DNA of 64,000 nucleotides. Source: Terriglobia bacterium. GTDB taxonomy: Bacteria; Acidobacteriota; Terriglobia; Bryobacterales; Bryobacteraceae. The translations under genes and the position numbers were made by a program. The stretch spans positions 968,952-1,032,951 of the forward strand of contig CAWKAA010000007.1 in assembly GCA_963847515.1 (NCBI GenBank), read 5' to 3'. The notes beneath the pieces are model-generated. The model searched no databases, was not told the DNA's origin, and saw nothing but the letters and a program-made list of their open reading frames with translations. Shown piece by piece: positions 51,801 through 60,026 of this stretch (within the stretch, counting starts at the first letter, position 1; each line of letters begins with the position of its first letter).

Positions 51801-52452
51801 CCCCGGTGGATTTAGCAGCCTTCAGGATCCCAATAATCGCAGCCTGGAGCGCAGCCTCTCTCAGTTCGACGCCACGCATGTATTGAACGTCAGCTACGTG
51901 TGGGACATCCCGATTGGCCGAGGCCAGCTCTTGGGACGCAACTGGAACTCTGGGGTGAACGCAATACTGGGAGGTTGGAAGACTAATGCCATCTGGCAAT
52001 TCGCCAGCGGCCAGCCGCTCGGATTATTTCTGGCGAACGGACAAAGCCTTCCAACTTATGGAGCTCAGCGACCCGATCTATTGGGCACGCTGAAGAAGGC
52101 CAGCGGCGGAGACGCTCAATTTGTGACTCAGTACTTCGCCAATCCGCAAGTTGCTGTGGCGCCGCCGGCCTTTGCTCTGGGAACCGCGCCGAGAATGCTG
52201 CCGAACCTCCGGACTCCAGGAATCGAAGTTGCGAATCTTTCCCTCTTCAAGGAGTTTTCCCTGGCTCGGATAAGAGAGTCCATGAGGGCCGAATTTCGTG
52301 CGGAGGCTTTCAACGCATTGAACCATCCTGGTTTCTGCGCACCGAACACTACCGTGAATGGCGGAAGCTTCGGCCAGATTACCGGCGCTAACCCAGGGTG
52401 CGGGGGAGTAGCCCCTCGTGAAGTGCAACTGGCGTTGAAGTTTTATTTTTAA
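48841..52452 (+). CDS. TonB-dependent receptor with N-terminal CarboxypepD_reg-like domain (Acidobacteria-type TBDR), 1204 aa
   Basis: GAGGAG SD. Signal peptide. CarboxypepD_reg (LTGLVTDASGAAVAAVQVKLTD...SGRYLLRSLPPGTYRLTA). Plug (DLPLLGRSVLDL TonB-box-like). 22-strand barrel with terminal ...LALKFYF. Confidence 0.85.
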   Translation: MSRKHLTVCLIAFGLAALIPASVWAQAYSSSLTGLVTDASGAAVAAVQVKLTDVNKGYDYTAQSDESGRYLLRSLPPGTYRLTATASGFKASVREGIVLNVDVNTSLDVHLEVGEAQQTVQVVGEAPLLATQDAVTGQTLSRNFVNDLPLLGRSVLDLARLAPGVTRVAGEGYGTGDMNNIVVNGSRNSNADVLVDGVSANIIISHGGVQATVEAPVVDAVQEFKIQTNFSADVAGYSGNSVINLIVRSGTNQFHGDLWEFFRNDKLAANDWFNNLYGSPRSILRYNQFGGTAGGPIKKNKTFFFFDYEGYRIKSPHTATVGVPSAAERKGDFGEICGPGFDANGMCKDPAGQLWDPYTGVYDANKGGAVRSGYIPNNNLATYQSPGSPRLNGTGYQLPARPGNLIDPVAANVMQNYPMPNITGNRFANFFTAYSVPDSRNTFGIKVDHSFSEKDRFSARFTRRAETQTIPDVYGNALDPFSQGLQSYNAYQGVVNYTHVLNPKTLLNISLGYIVNPVKSGAGVLNTQFPNYDISKDLGFPEYMKVSGLRATPGITLSNYASGGPSIGNVPWGFFWQTPETHHLLVTLSKLEGRHDLKFGFEGHLRRVSFLQPNSAAGVFDFSYTGTSQLPASGGGDSMASLLMGVGDSGSYEVPDRPATQSFQYAGFIQDNFRATDKLTLNLGLRYDVSLPRTERFNHMNYLDPSAASPLQVPGLPNLKGGLVYADSSHRNVTGIDYKNFGPRFGFAYTLRPNFVVRGGYGLFYDPPRNGVAGTVASGFQGFSQTTNQITTYQNDRATPWGRLSDPFPGTGPNLPIYNSEGLLSFVGDSIQGPIRSIHATPYEQTWNFGLQRQMPGNIVLEAAYVGMKGTHLYYGGAEQFNHLPEIAGSSPAQITALNQQVTNPFFGIIKTGALSGPTVQAYQLQLPFPQFTGFSVDSLPVANSIYHSLQLRAEKRLSKGLQFLVTYTFSKSIDDSSGQGLTSWLAPGGFSSLQDPNNRSLERSLSQFDATHVLNVSYVWDIPIGRGQLLGRNWNSGVNAILGGWKTNAIWQFASGQPLGLFLANGQSLPTYGAQRPDLLGTLKKASGGDAQFVTQYFANPQVAVAPPAFALGTAPRMLPNLRTPGIEVANLSLFKEFSLARIRESMRAEFRAEAFNALNHPGFCAPNTTVNGGSFGQITGANPGCGGVAPREVQLALKFYF

Positions 52453-52761
52453 TGAACCAAAATTTTCGAAGGATGCCGATCGCGGGAAACTGATCTGTAG
52501 ATAATTGCGTCCATCTTGCATCGCACCAGAAGAGAGAAGCAGGCCATCGCTAACTGTTTCAGGCCAACCTCTTCCTCCCGGCATTTTTCGCCTTCGCACA
52601 TCGGCGCTCCTGGTGCGGTGGTCTGCGCTGAGGCAGGCTTAACCAAAGTTATGACTAGTGATTTAACTTTCTTCAACGGCCAACATTAGACACTCGTAAT
52701 CCTCTTGACTATACCGAAATCTTGCGCAACAATTGTCGCGCAAGCCAAAGGAGGCGTGCCG

Positions 52762-53202
52762 ATGAGTTTTGACGCGCAATCCCACCCGAAGACTATTCTG
52801 GTGGTCGATGATGACATCTCCGTTCTTACCGTTATCAAATGCATGCTGGAGGGCAGTGAGTATAACGTGTTGCTGGCGAATAGTGCGGAAGTTGCTTTGC
52901 GCATGGCGGAACGTAAAGATCTCACGATTGACTTGATGTTAGTCGATGTGGTGATGCCCGATCTGAGCGGCCCTGACTTAGGCGAGCGCATTTTGGCCAT
53001 CCGCCCGCATCAGAAGCTGCTGTTCATGTCCGGCTTCACGGATCACGAAGTAGTGCGCGTCAAGGTGCTGGATCTTGGGCTGAAATTCCTACCCAAGCCG
53101 TTCACTCCCGATGGTCTGCTGGAAGCGGTAAAGATGGTACTAAGCGCGCCCGCGCAGATCTCCGACTTCAAGAACTTCGTGACGCTGGCGCAGGGAGGGT
53201 AG
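52762..53202 (+). CDS. Single-domain response regulator (CheY-like receiver, no output domain)
   Basis: AAGGAGG SD. ILVVDDD...D(LMLVD)...S (FMSGF)...K (LPKPF) receiver residues. Confidence 0.85.
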   Translation: MSFDAQSHPKTILVVDDDISVLTVIKCMLEGSEYNVLLANSAEVALRMAERKDLTIDLMLVDVVMPDLSGPDLGERILAIRPHQKLLFMSGFTDHEVVRVKVLDLGLKFLPKPFTPDGLLEAVKMVLSAPAQISDFKNFVTLAQGG

Positions 53203-53234
53203 CTGCTCACTGCACGGTGGCTGTCTTTATCCCT

Positions 53235-53261
53235 CCATGCCTCGCTGCTGTTGAGGCATGG
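53235..53261 (+). terminator. Candidate intrinsic terminator hairpin downstream of the receiver gene
   Basis: Perfect 9-bp inverted repeat CCATGCCTC-(9 nt)-GAGGCATGG followed by CCTTGCTTTCCC. Confidence 0.3.
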
Positions 53262-53855
53262 CCTTGCTTTCCCTGACTCGCACTGCAATAGTCAACGTCA
53301 CTTCGGCACAAGCGGTATGCGATGCCTAAACCTTGCGGCGAAAGAGATCGGCTGAGAGAAGCCCACTATCAGGCCACGCTGGAAGCGTCCGCCCTGAGTG
53401 GCACTCTACCGTCCGCGCCGTTCGGCTGGGAATTCAGCGCGGCACTCGACAAAGCAGAAGCCGCTCACCTTGCGTGCAGTGTTGCACGGCGTGCATACCA
53501 GGAACATTGCGAAGAGCACGGCTGCGAAGATGAGTTCTATGAGCGTTGCAGTCAGCGGCGAGTTGAAGCCTGGTCTCCCAGTGAAAAGCCACATCCCTGA
53601 CTGCGCCGAAATTGAGCAGTTCGCGGCAACGTTGATGCTCGTGAAAAGCTATCAGTTCTGCTTCCAGGATTTCAATAAGTCGATCACCATCACCAGAGAG
53701 CAATTCGATGACGGCACGTGGCAGGAAATCATGAGATATCTCCCAAGCCGGCGGACGAAAACCAGGCCGATAGCGCCCGCCAACCGTGATCGGAATCGTT
53801 CAATTCCGAAATAGCAATTCCCGCCCGGAACCGTGCCGAGTTGTAAACTCAAAAT

Positions 53856-56627
53856 ATGCATGGCTTTGCGCGCGGCTTTGGTGTGCTGATCTGTCTTGGC
53901 GCCTGTGGCTGGACCCAACAGGGACCGTCGGCGCCGCCAAACGAGGTTCAGCGCGCCATAGACGAATTCAAAATACAAACCGCTAATTTGGGGCTGCGCG
54001 CCGACAGCGTCGTCCAGGTCGAACAGACGCGGAGCGTGTTGCGCGACTGGCACGGCCGCCTTTATGAAAACTTCCGCAATGATTTCATGGACGCCGTGCC
54101 GCATGAGATCCGCCAGAATGGCGGCGATAAGGGCCTGCTGCGCCGCAATCAGTTCGGTTTCAACGTATCGGGGCCGCTGTTGATTCCCCGCGTTACCCAT
54201 GGCAAGAGCAACACGTACCTCTCGCTGTCGTTTGAAGGTGTGCGTGAGCGCATCGCCCGCACACATCTCCTCACCCTCCCGAACCAGGCTCAGCGCACCG
54301 GCGATTACTCTCGCGTCGTGGATCCGGCGGGCAATCTGCTTCCCATCTATGACCCCGAGACCACGCGGCCCAACCCGGCGTACGATCTCACGCAGCCGGT
54401 CTCGCAGACCAATCTGCAGTATCTACGCGATCCGTTTCCCGGAAACGTCATTCCACCAAACCGTCTGAATCCAGTGGCCGTCAGCGCTTTGCAGCTTTAT
54501 CCCCAGCCCAACACGGATATCGGGCCGTTCTTCCAGAACAACTATTTCATCGACTCACCCGAGATCAACACGGCCAACGGCATGATTGGCAAAGTGGATC
54601 ATCCCATCGGCGAGCGGCAACACCTCTACGCCGAGTTCGCCTTCTCCAATGGAACGCTCGACACGGCCAAGTGGTTCCCCACAGCCGCCAACCCCGGCCC
54701 CTCTAACCAGGTCTTTAACAGCCGCCGTGGCTCGCTCCAGCACGTCTTCACCGCTTCCGCCCACACGGTGAACACCGCGAGTTTCGAAGCCAGCTCGACG
54801 ACCTCGCGTACCGGCCAGGGGCAAGCGCCGTTTCCGGTTTACCAATTCGATCCCTACGTGAGCGTGAGCCACACGTATCCTTTGGCATCCAACGCCAACA
54901 ATACCTATACATGGTCTGACGGGCTCTCCGCACACCTTAAGAAGCATTCGCTGCGCGTCGCTGCCACATACACCGTTTATCAAGTCAACACGTTTTGGCC
55001 GGCATATCCGGACGGCTGGTTTCAATTCTCCGGTGGCCTGACCAGCCTGCCCGGGATCATCGACACCGGTGACGCCTTTGCGAGTTTTCTCCTGGGGTTG
55101 CCCCAGTTTGCGGAGAAGAGCTTGGTGACATCACCGTCATATTTCCGGCGCACCACGGCTTCGCTGGCGCTTCGGGACCATTATGAACCACGCAAAGGTC
55201 TGGCCATTGATATCGGCGTGAACATCGTGCGCTACACACCACGCGTCGAAAAGTTCGATCGCCAATCGACGATCGATTTGACGCGCATCAATCCTGCGAA
55301 CGGGCTTCCCGGCGCCCTGGTTGCCGCCAATCGCGACGGCGAAAGCCGCGGCTTCCGTCCTGCGTTGATGCGCGCCGCTCCGAGTCTGGGCATCGCCTGG
55401 AATCTCACGCGCGACTCCAAAACGGTCCTGCGAGCGAACTACTCACGCAGCTATTCGCCAATTCCGATCTACCGGGGCCAGTTCGGTACGCAAGGCTTCA
55501 ACACTTACGAGACTTTTCTTTCTTCCAACACAGAGTTGCAGGCGGCCGTGCCGCTAGCGTCCCAACTGCCTCCCCCGGCGCATCAGCCGCCCGATCTCCG
55601 GCCGGACGCGGCCAACAACACCATCGCTGACCTGATCGACGCCACGCATCGTTTGCCCACTTACCAATCCGCCTCCTTAACGATCGAGCGCGAACTGCCG
55701 GGTTCCCTTGTGCTTTCAATGGGCTCCTCGTACTCTGGTGGGCACAACCTTCTGGTTGGCGACAGCGCCGCCGATGTCAATGCCATTCCTCCCGCCGCGC
55801 TGGTCTACGGCAACGAGTTGTATAACCTGGCGTTCAACCAATCCCTGCGGCCGTATCCGGAATTCCAGGGCTTCGAATTATATGGCTCGTATCCGCTGGG
55901 CCGCTACCAGCGCGACGCAGGCTTTCTGCGCGTCGAGAAACGCACGTCCATGGGGCTCGCTTTGAGCGCGTACTACGAGTTTTCCAAGCAGCTCGATGAT
56001 TACTCGGGCCCGTACGGTATCCAAGATTTCTTCAACCGGCAAAACGATTGGTCGCTCACTTCCTACAACTCGCCACAGCGTTTGCAAGTCAGCTACACTT
56101 ATGAGCTGCCGATCGGCCCGAATAAACCGTTCCTGACGTTCGCCGACTGGCGGCGTCACCTCATCGACGGCTGGTCATTGAGCGGCTCTGCTACGGTTTA
56201 TTCCGGCACACCCGTTGCCTTGAGGCCCGAGTTCAACAACACTGGAGGCGTCATTCCCAATCTCACCGTGGATACGGTCCCCGGTGTCAATCCTGAAGTT
56301 GCCAGTCCCGGACCTTCGCTGTGGTTCAATCCCGCCGCATTCACGCAGCCGGCAGATTTCACCATGGGCGACGCGTCCCGCACCAACCCCACGCTACGCA
56401 ATCCCCTGACGCAGAATTACGACTTGAGTGTGGGCAAACGCTTTGCACTTAATGCCGAGCGTGCCATCGAATTCAACGCCACCGGATTCGATTTTCTGAA
56501 TCACGCGAACTGGAACGATCCTGATTCGCTTATCGGCACTCTGAGCGCGCCCAACGTGGATGCTGGGAAAATCATCGGCTCGCGCGGGGGACGTGTGATC
56601 CAGTTGAGTCTGAGGTTCAGCTTTTAG
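53856..56627 (+). CDS. TonB-dependent receptor paralog lacking the CarboxypepD_reg and most of the plug domain; lipoprotein-type signal peptide
   Basis: N-terminus MHGFARGFGVLICLGAC (lipobox L-G-A-C). Homology to the TBDR at 48841 begins at EFKIQT...ENFRND (end of plug) and runs through the barrel (NQFGFNVSGPL, VDHPIGERQHLYAEFAF) to the terminal LRFSF. Confidence 0.7.
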   Translation: MHGFARGFGVLICLGACGWTQQGPSAPPNEVQRAIDEFKIQTANLGLRADSVVQVEQTRSVLRDWHGRLYENFRNDFMDAVPHEIRQNGGDKGLLRRNQFGFNVSGPLLIPRVTHGKSNTYLSLSFEGVRERIARTHLLTLPNQAQRTGDYSRVVDPAGNLLPIYDPETTRPNPAYDLTQPVSQTNLQYLRDPFPGNVIPPNRLNPVAVSALQLYPQPNTDIGPFFQNNYFIDSPEINTANGMIGKVDHPIGERQHLYAEFAFSNGTLDTAKWFPTAANPGPSNQVFNSRRGSLQHVFTASAHTVNTASFEASSTTSRTGQGQAPFPVYQFDPYVSVSHTYPLASNANNTYTWSDGLSAHLKKHSLRVAATYTVYQVNTFWPAYPDGWFQFSGGLTSLPGIIDTGDAFASFLLGLPQFAEKSLVTSPSYFRRTTASLALRDHYEPRKGLAIDIGVNIVRYTPRVEKFDRQSTIDLTRINPANGLPGALVAANRDGESRGFRPALMRAAPSLGIAWNLTRDSKTVLRANYSRSYSPIPIYRGQFGTQGFNTYETFLSSNTELQAAVPLASQLPPPAHQPPDLRPDAANNTIADLIDATHRLPTYQSASLTIERELPGSLVLSMGSSYSGGHNLLVGDSAADVNAIPPAALVYGNELYNLAFNQSLRPYPEFQGFELYGSYPLGRYQRDAGFLRVEKRTSMGLALSAYYEFSKQLDDYSGPYGIQDFFNRQNDWSLTSYNSPQRLQVSYTYELPIGPNKPFLTFADWRRHLIDGWSLSGSATVYSGTPVALRPEFNNTGGVIPNLTVDTVPGVNPEVASPGPSLWFNPAAFTQPADFTMGDASRTNPTLRNPLTQNYDLSVGKRFALNAERAIEFNATGFDFLNHANWNDPDSLIGTLSAPNVDAGKIIGSRGGRVIQLSLRFSF

Positions 56628-57559
56628 TGCGCTGGCAATGGTTGCCGGTCGTCCTGGCGTTATCGGCTGCGCCGCCGCCGCGCGCGGGACTTACCGAGCT
56701 CCGGGTTCCCGTCTGGCTGGAAGGAGATCCCAGCCGCGAGCTGTCCAGAGCAGATTTTCACGCGACTATCGACGGCGCAGAATCACGCGTATTGGGCCTT
56801 CAATGTCCTGACAGCGAGCTCATCCTCTTGCTGGTCCTCGATCTTTCCTCCGGTGACCTGACGATCATCGATCCGGCCAGGCAAACCCTGGTGGAAGAGA
56901 TCCACAAGCTCCCCCCAAAAACTTATGTGGGTTTGTTGCGCGCGCAGGACGGCCTCCTAGTCTTAAGCGATCCCACCACGGACCGCGAAGCCATCGCCGG
57001 CCAGATCCAGCTGCAGACTCCGACCGGCAAAACCGGACTGCTCGCCACTGTCGACAGAATTGGCCGTATCGCCGACTCCATGCTGAAGAAATCCGCCGTC
57101 CGCACGGCCGTTCTTTACGTGACCGACGGCGACGTGCGCAACTATCGCGAGGACTTCACCAATCCCGTGATCAATTCCAGCGATTCACACGATCTCAGCC
57201 GCCGTTTTCCGGAAACGCTTGTGCAAGAGAAAATCGCCGAGCTGGACGGCATTCTGGCCGCGCAACAGGCGCCTCTCTTGATCGTCGATCTAAACCAGCG
57301 TACCGACAGGCTGAACCAGGCCTACAACAATGGTCTCAAACAGCTCGCTGAGGCCACCGGCGGCCCGGCATTCTTTAGCCGCTCTACTACCGATATTCCC
57401 GACGCCATTCGCCAGGGCCTTCAAACCGTCCAGTCCCATTACAGCCTCACGCTCTCGGTGCCCGAGCACGTCGGCCGGCGCCTGCAGATCCGCATCAGTA
57501 CGCCGGACAATAACCACATGCTTAACTACCGCACCCACCTGGCGCTTCCCCGGAGGTGA
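56627..57559 (+). CDS. VWFA-related Acidobacterial domain-like protein, translationally coupled (TAGTG 1-nt overlap) to the upstream barrel gene
   Basis: Signal peptide. Same N-terminal pattern as the 10042-11133 paralog (SRADFHATIDGAESRV) followed by a VWA-like core. Confidence 0.6.
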   Translation: MRWQWLPVVLALSAAPPPRAGLTELRVPVWLEGDPSRELSRADFHATIDGAESRVLGLQCPDSELILLLVLDLSSGDLTIIDPARQTLVEEIHKLPPKTYVGLLRAQDGLLVLSDPTTDREAIAGQIQLQTPTGKTGLLATVDRIGRIADSMLKKSAVRTAVLYVTDGDVRNYREDFTNPVINSSDSHDLSRRFPETLVQEKIAELDGILAAQQAPLLIVDLNQRTDRLNQAYNNGLKQLAEATGGPAFFSRSTTDIPDAIRQGLQTVQSHYSLTLSVPEHVGRRLQIRISTPDNNHMLNYRTHLALPRR

Positions 57560-57572
57560 TACGATTCTGCCT

Positions 57573-58421
57573 GTGCCGCCCTCGGCTCAATCCCCAAAAA
57601 GCGTCCCACTTTGGGTGTTCGTGCTGGTTTTGGCGATCGCCATCGCGAGCGGCTTCAGTGCCTGGTGGCAAGCTCGTGTCCTGCGCGACCAGACAGTTCG
57701 GACCGCAGAACTGGGTCGCGAAAACAGTGTATTGCGTAAGCGCCTCCAGGAGCTGAATACGGCGCAAACCAGTCAGACGGCCCCGCTCCCGCCTGCTCCC
57801 GTGCCTCGGCTGCCGCCAGCCGCGCCGCCAGCCGCTGCGGAAGCGCTTGCAGCCGCCGAGCAGCGTGCCCGGCGATTGCATGAATCTCTCGATCAGTCCA
57901 AGGCCGACATAGTCCGGCTCGAAGCGCTAAACTCCGATTTGCAGTCGCGGGCGGAAACTGACACTCAGGAGAATCGCCGCCTCTCTGCAGCACTGGAGCA
58001 AGCGAAAAAGGCTCTCGCTGATGCCGAGCAGACCATCGAAAACAGCCAGGCCGAACGGAAATCGAATCTGGACCGGATTGCGCAGCTCGAAAGCGCTAAC
58101 GCCAGGCCGAAGGAAGGCGCGGCCCCAGGAAAACCGTCCGCGGCGCAACTCAGCCAGAACCTCTCCGATATCGAGGAGGTTTTTCGCCGCCGCGAGATGT
58201 ATTTGAGTAATATTCTCCGGCGGTATCGTGAAATCACCGAGCAATATCGTGCCCTGTCCGGGGTCATGGACAGCCGCCGCGACCGCGAATCCACCCCCGT
58301 CAACGGAGCCGAAATCTCGAGGATACAGAACGCCATTGCGCTGTCGGAAGAGGATATGAAACAGGTGGGCGCTCTAAGCGCCCAAGCCCAGCGCCTGGAG
58401 AAGAAACTGTCTGCGAAGTGA
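57573..58421 (+). CDS. Membrane-anchored coiled-coil protein (Pro/Ala-rich linker, ~200-aa coiled coil)
   Basis: TM LWVFVLVLAIAIASGFSAWW then heptad-rich sequence. Start codon (GTG 57573) uncertain; the frame is open from 57330. Confidence 0.45.
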   Translation: MPPSAQSPKSVPLWVFVLVLAIAIASGFSAWWQARVLRDQTVRTAELGRENSVLRKRLQELNTAQTSQTAPLPPAPVPRLPPAAPPAAAEALAAAEQRARRLHESLDQSKADIVRLEALNSDLQSRAETDTQENRRLSAALEQAKKALADAEQTIENSQAERKSNLDRIAQLESANARPKEGAAPGKPSAAQLSQNLSDIEEVFRRREMYLSNILRRYREITEQYRALSGVMDSRRDRESTPVNGAEISRIQNAIALSEEDMKQVGALSAQAQRLEKKLSAK

Positions 58422-58443
58422 TACGCTGCAATCGCTTATGCGG

Positions 58444-59976
58444 TCACTGCTTGATCCCGAACGCGTAGACGTTGGAATCGAATGTGGTGACGTACACGCG
58501 GCCGCTGGCGATGGAAATGCCGCTGAAGTGCGTGAATGAAGGCATGGTATCGCCGCTCGAATAGAGTTGCTTGCCGGTGGTAGCATCAAACGCGTACAAC
58601 ACCGTATTTCCTGTATGCTTCGCGATCCGCTCGGCGGAACTGAATAGCGCTCCATCGCCCTTGGACTGGCGGGCGAACTCGCCGTTTGAGATGGCGAAAA
58701 CCAGGCCCCCGGCAACGATTGGCGGTTCCGGCAGATTCATGTCGCGCGAAATCCACGCGGGCGCGACCGTGGGCTTGCCGTCCTTTTCCTCGATCCGGAA
58801 AGCCATGATGCTTCCATTCGGCGCATCGCCGTTGGTCAGGGGAAATTTCACTCCGCTTGCCGGAGCTCCGGAGGCAGGCACGAAAAGCCATCGGTTGTCC
58901 TTATCGTCCTCCGCCGTTGCGAAGGCGCCCCAAAACCCCTTGCCGGCGAAATCAGCTCCTTCGTTCGCAAATAGGGAGCTGTGGCAAAGTGGCGTCTTGT
59001 GGTCGCCGCCGCCAATCTGCTTGGCGTCCAGAAGATAGACGACGCCTTCTTTGCCGCCAGTAGCAACAATTTCCCGGCCCTTCCACTGAAAGACCGTAGA
59101 TGACAGGCTGCCCATGTCCAGATCTTTCCGGGTCAGATAATTGTGATTGACGGGAGTAAAATAATCGACCAGCTTCAGGTCTTTGGCAGAGAGCTGCAGA
59201 ATGGTATCGGGATAGTTGGCTTTACCCGCATCGTACATCCCATCGCCAGTGCCCGCGAACACCATTCCACTTTCGCTCACCGCTACACCGGCACGGCCCC
59301 AGATTCCGGCGCCGCCTTTGCTCGCCTGGAAGAAAGTGACCTTGTGCGTGTTTAGATCCATGGCATAAACGCCGGATCTCGCGCCGTTGCAGTCCTGTGA
59401 CGTGCTCGTATACAGAACGTCGTCAGCGATATTTAGGCTCCAATTCTTTGAGAATGGAGGCACGAACTGGATGGGCACAATCCGCTCTTCGCCGTCGGTG
59501 ATGTTCAGTGCGTGCAGTTTGCCATCACTGGCGATCGCGTACACCGTTACCTTCAAAATATCCTTCCGAATCACGGGCGTCGCATTCAGGGCATTGGGAC
59601 AGAGCCACAGCAGTGGCTTCGGGGGTTTTGCCTCGACGGAGAAGGTCTTCTTCCATAGGACTTTGCCCGTACCCGCGTCCAGAGCGAACAGGTTGTCCGA
59701 GGCCCCGCCCACAACCACGATTTCTTTCATGCCCTGGTCGGTGACCACCCATTCGACAGCCACAGGTGCCGTTAGCCCGTTCAATTCTCGCGGCTGGTTG
59801 TCCACGTGGGCCTTCCAGAGCAGAGTCATTGCTCCGGCATTACCGGGGTTGATATCGGTTTCCTGAGGGCTCCAGCTGGTTCGCTGAGGATCCCGGCCAA
59901 ACGACGGCCAATCGGCGCCCATCGACGAGCACCCGGAAATGACTAGCAGGCACGGCAGTGCGGTTCTTAGCTGCAT
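58444..59976 (-). CDS. PQQ-like beta-propeller repeat lipoprotein (BamB/PQQ-enzyme-repeat family)
   Basis: Signal peptide with lipobox ISGC. Repeated A..G.V.A.D..TG..LW motifs (8 blades). Confidence 0.75.
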   Translation of the reverse strand: MQLRTALPCLLVISGCSSMGADWPSFGRDPQRTSWSPQETDINPGNAGAMTLLWKAHVDNQPRELNGLTAPVAVEWVVTDQGMKEIVVVGGASDNLFALDAGTGKVLWKKTFSVEAKPPKPLLWLCPNALNATPVIRKDILKVTVYAIASDGKLHALNITDGEERIVPIQFVPPFSKNWSLNIADDVLYTSTSQDCNGARSGVYAMDLNTHKVTFFQASKGGAGIWGRAGVAVSESGMVFAGTGDGMYDAGKANYPDTILQLSAKDLKLVDYFTPVNHNYLTRKDLDMGSLSSTVFQWKGREIVATGGKEGVVYLLDAKQIGGGDHKTPLCHSSLFANEGADFAGKGFWGAFATAEDDKDNRWLFVPASGAPASGVKFPLTNGDAPNGSIMAFRIEEKDGKPTVAPAWISRDMNLPEPPIVAGGLVFAISNGEFARQSKGDGALFSSAERIAKHTGNTVLYAFDATTGKQLYSSGDTMPSFTHFSGISIASGRVYVTTFDSNVYAFGIKQ

Positions 59977-60026
59977 ATAGATCCGTTGAATTAATATTGT
60001 AGAAGATGGATTGGACATTTGGGCCT

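Noticed and set aside
53322-53600. 92-aa ORF in the long intergenic region
   Set aside because: No SD and no family assignment. Mentioned in a finding but not supportable as a gene.
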